In this document: in pieces, positions 1 to 7,664 of the stretch | Layout: each line of letters starts with the position of its first letter | Position numbering within the stretch: position 1 is the first letter of the stretch | Assembly: GCA_041946805.1 (NCBI GenBank) | Contig: JBHGBC010000056.1 | Location: 1 to 31,058, forward strand | Source of the DNA: a bacterium | GTDB lineage: Bacteria > Hinthialibacterota > Hinthialibacteria > Hinthialibacterales > Hinthialibacteraceae | Direction of reading: 5' to 3' | Length of the DNA stretch: 31,058 bases | The notes under the pieces: model-generated | Databases searched by the model: none | What the model was told of the DNA's origin: nothing | What the model saw: the letters and a program-made list of their open reading frames with translations, nothing else | Program-made: the position numbers and the translations under genes

Positions 1-1
1 C

Positions 2-2350
2 ACGCCCTTTCCGGGGATCGGGTTGGACATCCACCCCATCCAGGTGATCCAGGATCCCCCGGGCGCTGAATTGGAGGAAACCGTCCCCTTGATCCAGAAC
101 AAATCCACCATGATCAAAGTCTTCCTGATCTGGTCGCCGCCCGATCCCACCCATATCCCCGATGCGCTGTGTGTGATCGACGCGGATGGCGTGACCGACT
201 CGATCCCCGCCGACATCTGGTACGAGGGGGGTGTGACGTACATCATCCCTAAATCACGCCCGAATACCGGCCGGTCGGCGATTAACCTGGACCGGCAAGC
301 CCTGGAAGCCTTCAATTTCGAGTTTCCCGCCACGCTGGGACACCACCCGCCCGGGACCACGATGACCGTCAAGGCGCGTCTGGATTTCTCCGGATCGCCG
401 GTGGCGCGGGCCCAGGAAGCATACGAATTGCGCCGTTACCAGGACGCGAACGACAGCCGCATGACGTTTTCGTTCCGGACCCTGGAGACCGATACGAAAC
501 CTTTCCTGAAATCCGACGATGGACTCCAGCAGGTCGCCCGCGAGCAATTCGAGCGGGTAGTGGCCGTCTATCCCGTTCCCCGGCGGCAGGCCGAGTTTTA
601 TTTCACCCGTGACACTTTTAAATATCCTTCCTCCTTCAGCACGCTGGCCATGTGGCTGCTGGCCGGCTCGCTGGATGTCCCCGGCCAGGAATACATCGAC
701 CGCTACATTTGGATCACCCCGGGCAAGAGCCAACGGCCCCCGCGCACCAGTTTCCTGACCGACTGGACCAGCACCATTTTCGATAGCGCGGAAGTGGCGG
801 GATACGCCCCCCTCACCGTGAGCCGGTTTGTCTTCATTTCCGAAACCGCCGCCTCGTTTGTCACCGCGCATGAAAACGGCCATCAGGTCATCGGCATCGG
901 CCATAACGACGAACCCGCCACCGACGGCTGGGATGTGCGCCACGTCACCGGGCGGCGTCCCGTCAAACGGCCATCCTCCCATCGGGCCTTGATGGAAGCC
1001 ACCGAAAACGGCGACAGCGCCGGCTGGATCATGAAGGAAGAATACGCCACGCTGCTCGAAAAACTGACCGCCTCCACCTCCTCACCCGCCGGCAAACGCC
1101 TGCGCCCGGCGGCCTCCACGGACAAGACGGTCTTCCTTTCCGGACGCTTGCTGCCGGACGGCCAAGTGGTCCTCGATCCCTTCTTTCTTTCGGAACGCGC
1201 CTTCCCGGATATTGTGACCGCCGGTGAATACCAGGTTGATTTCCGGGACGCGCAAAACCAACTTCTCGCCTCGCAATCCTTTGCCCTGGCTGATGAACAG
1301 ACTCCGGATGACCAGTTTACGAGCCTGTTCGCGTTCTATCTTCCCTATCCCGCCGGAACTAGCAAAATCCAGATCACCCGGCAGCAACAGATTTTGGCCG
1401 TACGCGAGGTCAGCCCCCACTCGCCGGAGATCCATGTCGATTCCATCCTTCCCTTAGAAAATCACCACTTCCGGGTCACGCTGACCGCGTCCGACCTCGA
1501 CCGCGATGCGCTGTCCTATGCCGCCTCATACATCGCCAATGCGTCCCGGACCGAACCGGTCTTCATGGAATGGATCACCCCCGGTGCGGTCTTCGAGTTC
1601 GACGCGTCCCCCCTTCCGGGCAGCGCCGATGGACACGTGCAGGTATTGGTTACCGATGGAGTCAACACCGCCCGCGCCCTCTCTCCCTCCTTCACGGTGC
1701 CCGGGCATGCGCCCTCAGTCTTTGTTCTGGAACCACAAAACGGTTTACGCTACGCCGGGGGCTTGCCCATCGTGCTTCAAGGCGAGGCTTATGATATCGA
1801 AGACGGTGTTTTACCGGATTCCGCGCTTTCGTGGACTTCCAACCGGGATGGGAACTTGGGGACCGGCGAATCGCTCCTCGCGCAAAACCTCACGCCGGGA
1901 GACCATATCCTCAGGTTTTCCGCTCACGACTCGGAGGGAAACACCTCGGAACAATCCGTCCCGGTATCCGTCCTGCCGCCGGCGGACACACCCGATCTCC
2001 AACTTGTCTCTCTATGGACGGTTCCCGGTGAAATCCACGCCAACGAATCCGCAAGCGTGGGTGTGAGTGTGCTTCTGGCGGGTGATAGCCAAGAGATCCA
2101 AGTGACACTCCTCGACATGCGGACCAATCAGTCCCTGGGCTCCCAGACCTTCAGCGCCCTGGGCAATCAGGTTCAGGATATTCTCTTCGATATCCTGTAT
2201 CCCGCTGCGGGAACGATGCCTCTGTCCGCCATGGCTGAACTTGTGGATAAAACGATTCAGGAAAAGGATTTGTCGAACAACCAGGCCGGCTTTGATCTGG
2301 AAGTGTTCCCCCCCGCGGCCACACGGGTCGAGGAGTGGTCACTCTTTTGA
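2..2350 (+). CDS. 5'-partial zinc metallopeptidase (metzincin/M66-like) with Ig-like/PKD domains, a CARDB-like domain and a terminal VEEWSLF tail
   Basis: The frame is open from position 2 with no stop before the TTG at 23, so the gene probably starts left of the window. Motifs: AHENGHQVIGIGH (HExxH..GxxH) followed by a Met-turn-like ALM; Ig-like VTDGVNT, AYDIEDG and WTSNRDGNLGTG; CARDB-like PDLQLVSL...EKDLSNN. Confidence 0.7.
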   Translation, partial: TPFPGIGLDIHPIQVIQDPPGAELEETVPLIQNKSTMIKVFLIWSPPDPTHIPDALCVIDADGVTDSIPADIWYEGGVTYIIPKSRPNTGRSAINLDRQALEAFNFEFPATLGHHPPGTTMTVKARLDFSGSPVARAQEAYELRRYQDANDSRMTFSFRTLETDTKPFLKSDDGLQQVAREQFERVVAVYPVPRRQAEFYFTRDTFKYPSSFSTLAMWLLAGSLDVPGQEYIDRYIWITPGKSQRPPRTSFLTDWTSTIFDSAEVAGYAPLTVSRFVFISETAASFVTAHENGHQVIGIGHNDEPATDGWDVRHVTGRRPVKRPSSHRALMEATENGDSAGWIMKEEYATLLEKLTASTSSPAGKRLRPAASTDKTVFLSGRLLPDGQVVLDPFFLSERAFPDIVTAGEYQVDFRDAQNQLLASQSFALADEQTPDDQFTSLFAFYLPYPAGTSKIQITRQQQILAVREVSPHSPEIHVDSILPLENHHFRVTLTASDLDRDALSYAASYIANASRTEPVFMEWITPGAVFEFDASPLPGSADGHVQVLVTDGVNTARALSPSFTVPGHAPSVFVLEPQNGLRYAGGLPIVLQGEAYDIEDGVLPDSALSWTSNRDGNLGTGESLLAQNLTPGDHILRFSAHDSEGNTSEQSVPVSVLPPADTPDLQLVSLWTVPGEIHANESASVGVSVLLAGDSQEIQVTLLDMRTNQSLGSQTFSALGNQVQDILFDILYPAAGTMPLSAMAELVDKTIQEKDLSNNQAGFDLEVFPPAATRVEEWSLF

Positions 2351-2375
2351 TCAATACATGACGTTGATCTTGTAT

Positions 2376-2408
2376 CCCCTCTCCCCCCGGGAGAGAGCCA
2401 GGGTGAGG
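2376..2408 (-). repeat. REP-like family A copy (CCCTCACCCnnnCCTCTCCCnnnGGGAGAGGG type)
   Basis: cccctctccccccgggagagagccagggtgagg is the reverse orientation of the copies at 23334 and 25998. Confidence 0.75.
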
Positions 2409-2448
2409 AACTCTTTGTGGTGCAGGCTTCCAGCCGGCATGTCCTTCG

Positions 2449-2497
2449 GATTCGTTTGCTCCTCCCCCAAAGTCCGGGGGAAGTTTGTAGGGGGTTG
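2449..2497 (+). repeat. REP-like family B copy (core TCCTCCCCCAAAGTCCGGG)
   Basis: 2460-2478 is the exact 19-bp reverse complement of 26134-26152. A degenerate copy lies at 10290-10338. Confidence 0.75.
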
Positions 2498-2539
2498 TAA
2501 ACGCAGGATGGATCACCGCGCGGCGCATAGTCCATCAAC

Positions 2540-2580
2540 ATCTTGGTCATCCTGGTTATCCGGACTATCCTGATTCAGAC
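2540..2580 (+). repeat. Degenerate 9-bp tandem repeat (ATCCTGnTn x4 + CAGAC)
   Basis: atcttggtc atcctggtt atccggact atcctgatt cagac. Confidence 0.55.
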
Positions 2581-2734
2581 CTCTTCCCTCTATCCCCGCA
2601 TGAAAACCCTTGTGAGGGATTTTATTTTGCAGGGGCAGACCGTGGTGTCCGCAAGCATCATGGTTTGGTTGGGATTTCTTGTTCACAACCAATACCACAG
2701 ACCGGACAATCTATCTAAACGGATCAGGGAAAGT

Positions 2735-2871
2735 TATGGGGGGTGAGGAGGAGCCGCCGGTTCGGCGTTGGGGGGAAGCGACTCCTCCTCGGGGGTGCGT
2801 GGTTAAGAGTAACTCCGATGTCACTCCGCTTCCCGTTTATTCCCTGAATAAACCGGATCGCGTGACATCAT
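2735..2871 (-). ncRNA. Candidate small RNA with two hairpins
   Basis: Hairpin 2817-2869 (gatgtcac/gtgacatc outer stem, gtttattc/gaataaac inner stem) and hairpin 2745-2790 (13-bp stem, continuous via a G-U pair only on the minus strand). Lies directly downstream of a sigma70-like promoter. No Rfam family recognised. Confidence 0.4.
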
Positions 2872-2877
2872 CTATTA

Positions 2878-2905
2878 ATAGTAGGACGTTTTTCTCAGAG
2901 GTCAA
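2878..2905 (-). promoter_or_regulatory. Putative sigma70 promoter TTGACC-N16-TACTAT
   Basis: -35 at 2905-2900 and -10 at 2883-2878. The predicted +1 (~2871) falls at the base of the first hairpin. Confidence 0.45.
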
Positions 2906-3516
2906 TGGGGATCATGAAAATGATCCGGGACACTATCCCAACAATCGAAAAACCATACAAGAACTTTCATCTACTAATGAATAGATTATAACCAGTATCC
3001 ATGAAATGGGAATAGGCTGAATAAAAAAAGAGATTTATTTTTTATTCGGTGAAATGGCTCCGCGCTCTGGATAACCCTGAAACCATGGCGTTTCACCCCG
3101 TTTCCTCCCGTTTCCCGGGAAGGTACACGGACCGGGATTCGCCTTCCAGGAAAATCCCCCCTGGTATCCCCGCCGGCCCGCTCGTGACCACGTCCGGTAA
3201 TTTTGAGACATTTTTCCCAAAACCCTACGCACGATGTGCAATGTGCATCTTTCCGGGATCAGGGGGGAAGAATGAAGGAGGATCCAGGGAGAAAGGATGA
3301 GTCGGGGATGCCTTCAGACCTATGGGCCGGACGCCTTCGGAGTGGTGGGAAACGGGATAATCCATGGCCGCGTAAGTCCGCTAAACGTAAACCCTTCGGC
3401 TATGCGTACCCGGCTGCCCATCCCCTCTCCCCCAGGAAAGGATTCGGAGGATCCGGAGGTGACAGGCTTTCCCGGTCCTGCTGAGGTGTGTTCCTGGGCG
3501 GAAAGCCCGGTTTGTT

Positions 3517-4071
3517 TTATAAACCGTGCTGTTGAATGATCCCCCGGCTGTTCAATCCGTTGGAGGGATTGTATTCCAGCCAGAGAATCACGTTGTTGCC
3601 CACGACTTCGTAGGGATTCTCGGTGCCGTTGGGGCCGATGGTGGAAACCATCCAGCGGGCCGGTTCGGGGTAATCCTCGCTGTTCCAAAACCAGGTGGGG
3701 GGCGAGCCGGCGGTTTTCACGAAATAGTCCCAGTTGTAATACCAATAGCCATGAAACTTGGAAAACGGGCTGAAAATCGACGAGGCGGCGATATACGACA
3801 CCGGAGTGGTTAAATACTTCAGCACGGATAAATGCGTGGGGCGGATGATGACCGAAGTGCCATCGTTCAAGGGATAGGGGGGGATATCGTTGTTGTCGAC
3901 CCGGTAGGTGAGGATCGAATTGTAAATGGAGCGGATATCGGCCTGGCTGCGCGCCACCTTCGCCTTGATCTGGGCGTTCAAGAAATTGGGCATGACGATG
4001 AGGGCGAGGATGCCGATGATCGCCACGACCACCAACAATTCAATCAAGGTAAACGACGATTTCGCGCCCAC
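3517..4071 (-). CDS. Orphan type II secretion pseudopilin / type IV prepilin-like protein (GspG-like)
   Basis: S|FTLIELLVVVAIIGILA N-methylation motif with Glu at +5. LTTPVSY, GPNG and YNPSNG motifs are shared with 26344-26964. GTG start with GGGAG 6 nt upstream. Confidence 0.85.
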   Translation of the reverse strand: MGAKSSFTLIELLVVVAIIGILALIVMPNFLNAQIKAKVARSQADIRSIYNSILTYRVDNNDIPPYPLNDGTSVIIRPTHLSVLKYLTTPVSYIAASSIFSPFSKFHGYWYYNWDYFVKTAGSPPTWFWNSEDYPEPARWMVSTIGPNGTENPYEVVGNNVILWLEYNPSNGLNSRGIIQQHGL

Positions 4072-4152
4072 ATTTCGCTCCCCAGCCTCTGCCCGGCTCG
4101 TTCATGTGCCTGAATATAGTGTAACGCCGATTTATCATCAACTCAATTTGGA

Positions 4153-4181
4153 CTGACAACTTGTTACATTTCGGCTACATT
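4153..4181 (+). promoter_or_regulatory. Putative sigma70 promoter for the FG-GAP gene (CTGACA-N17-TACATT)
   Basis: AT-rich divergent gap. Opposite-strand TTGAGT-N17-TACACT and TTGATG-N17-TATATT matches lie upstream of the prepilin gene. Confidence 0.35.
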
Positions 4182-4243
4182 AAGCGCGGGTGTTTTTGAT
4201 TTACTATACGCGTGGCCCAGACCTTTTACATGGGAGAACAATC

Positions 4244-5587
4244 ATGACTGCGTTTCGAACTTTGATTCTGTTGATCTTATGCATTGGATGGCTCATGCCC
4301 GCCGCTCCGTCCGCCGGGATCGTCCTGGAGCGGGGGCCGATCATTGGAACGGGTCTGCGTTCCAGCACCCTCGCCAGCGGCGATCTGGATGGCGACGGCG
4401 ATATCGACCTGGTCACCGCCAACATCTACAGCCATTCCCTCACCCTCGCCTTCAACGACGGCAAAGGCAATTTCACGGAAACCAAGGAAATCGCGTTGGA
4501 CCAGGGACGCAAACACCCCGTGGCGGTGGCCGTCGGTGACCTGGACGGCACGGGCAAACTGGATATGGGCGCCGCCTTTGTCCAGAACCTGGACCGCACC
4601 ACGTTGGGCACGCCCGCGGAATCCGGCGTGATCTTCTTCTTCGCCGACGAAACCGAGGGGTATATCCAGATCTATCAACCGATCGCCGGGATTCCCTCAT
4701 CGGTGATGATCGACGATTTGGACGGCGACGGCGATAACGACCTGCTGGTGGGCAATAACGGAGAACTGGGAACCGATTCCGTCTCGGGGCGGATCATCCA
4801 GACCGAAGCCGGTTTTTATTATTACGAAAACCGGGGCCGGGGGCTCTTTTCCACCGGAACGCCCCGGTACACCGATGGCAGCCTGGTCGCGTTTCTGCCC
4901 TTCGATTACAACCAGGACGGCCATATGGACATCGTCGGGATCAACCAGGGAACCACCGATTTCGACGCGAGTTTCAATTTCATATTCGTGGATATGAATC
5001 TCTCCATCTTCACCGGCGGCGATAACGGCCTGGCCGAGATCAATCCCCTGTTCATCGGCTTCTTCCCCTGGGCCATGGACCGGGGGGACGTCACTGGCGA
5101 CGGTCTCGATGACCTGGCTGTCAGCAACATCGGCGACATTGAACAACTCACCAGCTTTTTGGGCACCAACGCGTCCGTGAATCTCTTCGAGAACCGCACG
5201 GATCATTTCAACGCCTGGAAATCCCTCCCCATGACGGGCGTCACCTACGCCGTGCTGACGAGTGATTTCGATCTGGACGGCGACGTGGATGTCATCGCCA
5301 CCGTGCAGGAAATCGTGGACGTGGGCGGCGCGTCCCGTCTGGATCCGTATTTGCGCGTGTTCGAAAACGATGGGAAGGGAGAGTTCAACCAGACTGCGTC
5401 CCTGGCCCTGGAAGAGGAACCGCGTTACGCCGTAAAGGCCGATCTCGACCAGGACGGCGACCTGGACCTCGCGGTGTTGTGCACGATCATCGATACCGCG
5501 GGAGCCGGCAACGCCCTCAACGGCCGGATCTACGTGTTCTTCAACCAGGCTATCACGTCTTCCGTGCCGGGTTGGGAGTTGTATTGA
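4244..5587 (+). CDS. Secreted FG-GAP/VCBS-repeat beta-propeller protein with a terminal VPGWELY tail
   Basis: About 7 DxDGDGxxD repeats (GDLDGDGDIDL, DDLDGDGDNDL, ADLDQDGDLDL and others). ATG 4244 follows GGGAG. Signal peptide MTAFRTLILLILCIGWLMPAAPSA. Confidence 0.9.
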   Translation: MTAFRTLILLILCIGWLMPAAPSAGIVLERGPIIGTGLRSSTLASGDLDGDGDIDLVTANIYSHSLTLAFNDGKGNFTETKEIALDQGRKHPVAVAVGDLDGTGKLDMGAAFVQNLDRTTLGTPAESGVIFFFADETEGYIQIYQPIAGIPSSVMIDDLDGDGDNDLLVGNNGELGTDSVSGRIIQTEAGFYYYENRGRGLFSTGTPRYTDGSLVAFLPFDYNQDGHMDIVGINQGTTDFDASFNFIFVDMNLSIFTGGDNGLAEINPLFIGFFPWAMDRGDVTGDGLDDLAVSNIGDIEQLTSFLGTNASVNLFENRTDHFNAWKSLPMTGVTYAVLTSDFDLDGDVDVIATVQEIVDVGGASRLDPYLRVFENDGKGEFNQTASLALEEEPRYAVKADLDQDGDLDLAVLCTIIDTAGAGNALNGRIYVFFNQAITSSVPGWELY

Positions 5588-5654
5588 AAAACCGCCTTGG
5601 ACGTCTGGAATATAACCCCTGGCTACGATGGAGCCGCCTCTTCGGGGCTTTCCC

Positions 5655-5696
5655 CCCTCACCCCGGCCCTTTCCCGCGAGGCGACGCCGGGAAGGG
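5655..5696 (+). repeat. REP-like family A copy
   Basis: ccctcaccccggccctttcccg...cgggaaggg, downstream of the FG-GAP gene. Confidence 0.65.
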
Positions 5697-5909
5697 AATC
5701 CGGGAAAGGCGCCAATCCGAATACCTAGGCCATCCGATCCACAGGCGCATCCTGTGATCCAATGATTCTCAGTAAATATTCGACAGGACCGGGATGGTTG
5801 CCATCGGGGGATGCGGATTGATGGGGAGAGGATCCGCCGCCCTTTTACCGGACCTGCCCGGGATTACAATCTGACCAGATTTTGCCATCACCGGATGAAG
5901 GGATTTGAT

Positions 5910-7376
5910 ATGCCGCTGGATGCGCATGAACCCACCCTGTTTGAACTGGATCACGGCGGGCCGGGACGCCCCTGGTTTCCCGCGCCGGCTGCGGATGACA
6001 CGCCGGTCGGGAAATGGATTCCCCAGGAAGCGCTCGCGGATGTCGCGCCTCCCCTGCCGGATGTGAGCGAGCCGGAAGTGGTCCGCCATTTCACCCGTCT
6101 CTCGCGGCGCAATTTTTCCATCGACAGCGGTTTCTATCCGTTGGGATCGTGCACCATGAAGTACAATCCCAAGATTTGCGACGCGATGGCGCAGTGGCCG
6201 GGTTACACGAGCCTACACCCCGAAACGCCGGCCGAGCTGGTCCAGGGGACGCTGCGCGTGACGCACGCGTTGCAGGAATATCTCGCGCAGTTGACCGGCA
6301 TGGACCGCGTGACCTTGAATCCTTGCGCGGGGGCGCATGGCGAACTGTGCGGAATCCTGATGATTCGGGCGTATCATGAAGACCGGAACGATCGCCGCTC
6401 CATCGTGCTGGTGCCCGATTCCGCTCATGGGACCAATCCGGCCACGGCGGCGATGGCGGGTTATCAGACGGTGGAGATCCAATCGGGGGATGACGGCCGC
6501 GTGAACCTGGACGATTTGCAGCGGCGCCTGGACTCGAACGTGGCCGCCCTGATGCTGACCAATCCCAACACGCTGGGCTTGTTCGAGAAGGACATCCTTG
6601 AAATCGCCCGGCGGGTGCACGAAGCGGGCGCGCTGTTGTATTACGATGGGGCCAATCTCAACGCCATCGCGGGGATAGTCCGTCCCGGGGACATGGGCTT
6701 CGACGTGGTCCACATCAACCTGCACAAGACCTTCTCCACGCCGCATGGGGGAGGCGGGCCGGGCAGCGGCCCCGTGGGCGTGCGGGAGCATCTCGCGCCC
6801 TACCTGCCGGCGCCGCTCATCCAGAAACAGGACGAGCGCTATATCATCGTCGACGAATCCCCGAAGAGCATTGGCCGCTTGTCCACCTTTTTCGGGAATG
6901 TGGGGATCTACCTGCGCGCGTATGCCTACCTGCGGCTGCACGGTCTCGAGGGCATCCGGCAAAACAGCGTCAACGCCGTGCTCAACGCGCGGTATCTGCA
7001 GCAGCGGCTCCGGGATTTGATCCCTCCCGCGAAAAACGGCGATTGCATGCACGAATTCGTCCTCACCATGAAAGACCATGACCGGTTCGGTAACATGAAC
7101 GCCATGGTTTTAGCCAAGAACCTGATCGACCGCGGGTTTCACGCCCCCACCGTTTATTTTCCCCTCATCGTGAAAGAGGCGCTGATGTTCGAGCCCACCG
7201 AGACCGAGTCCAAGCGCACCTTGGACGCCTTCGCGGACGCGATCGCGGAGATTCTGCGCGAATACCAGGAAAATCCAGAGAAGGTTTTGCACGCGCCGCA
7301 CACCACGCCCGTCCGCAAGTTGGACGAGGTCGCCGCCGCCCGCCATCCGGATCTTGTCTTTCCCCTCCCGAAATGA
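5910..7376 (+). CDS. gcvPB: Glycine dehydrogenase (decarboxylating) subunit 2, glycine cleavage P protein beta
   Basis: FYPLGSCTMKYNP, PDSAHGTNPATA, YYDGAN, PLP-lysine motif NLHKTFSTPHGGGGPG and EPTETESK. ATG 5910 gives the usual N-terminus (EPTLFE). Confidence 0.96.
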   Translation: MPLDAHEPTLFELDHGGPGRPWFPAPAADDTPVGKWIPQEALADVAPPLPDVSEPEVVRHFTRLSRRNFSIDSGFYPLGSCTMKYNPKICDAMAQWPGYTSLHPETPAELVQGTLRVTHALQEYLAQLTGMDRVTLNPCAGAHGELCGILMIRAYHEDRNDRRSIVLVPDSAHGTNPATAAMAGYQTVEIQSGDDGRVNLDDLQRRLDSNVAALMLTNPNTLGLFEKDILEIARRVHEAGALLYYDGANLNAIAGIVRPGDMGFDVVHINLHKTFSTPHGGGGPGSGPVGVREHLAPYLPAPLIQKQDERYIIVDESPKSIGRLSTFFGNVGIYLRAYAYLRLHGLEGIRQNSVNAVLNARYLQQRLRDLIPPAKNGDCMHEFVLTMKDHDRFGNMNAMVLAKNLIDRGFHAPTVYFPLIVKEALMFEPTETESKRTLDAFADAIAEILREYQENPEKVLHAPHTTPVRKLDEVAAARHPDLVFPLPK

Positions 7377-7510
7377 TAGAAACAAACAGGATTGCATGCG
7401 TCTAAACGAAATGTCGTTGAGGCGGGGCGGTTTGAGTGAAGCGTAATTCCCCATGTTTAACCTGTTTTCATCATGAACGTCTTGGCGCACGATAGGGGTA
7501 GTTTTCTACC

Positions 7511-7543
7511 CCCTCTCCCCTCGGGAGAGGGCCGGGGAGAGGG
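7511..7543 (-). repeat. REP-like family A copy
   Basis: ccctctcccctcgggagagggccggggagaggg. Confidence 0.75.
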
Positions 7544-7664
7544 AAATTAGATTTAAAGGACTGGTATTGCTACATCGTCTGCAGGAAGATATTTTTCATT
7601 GGAAAAATAAGGAATTATGAATAATGCAAAATTCCACCAATATCCATCGTAAGGGGAGGATAGC

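Noticed and set aside
3288..3431. 6S RNA, tmRNA, RNase P, SRP RNA or SAM riboswitch
   Set aside because: Diagnostic conserved motifs were not found and the inner region does not form a 6S-like rod. Kept only as a weak unnamed candidate.
2351..3516. Short ORFs in the gap (2543-2746, 2679-2984, 3049-3300, 3203-3484)
   Set aside because: They have no recognisable motifs and overlap repeats and hairpins, so they cannot be supported as coding.
5590..5909. Glycine riboswitch upstream of gcvPB
   Set aside because: No GGAGA...CCGAAG...CTCTCAGG aptamer pattern; the region holds a REP-like repeat instead.
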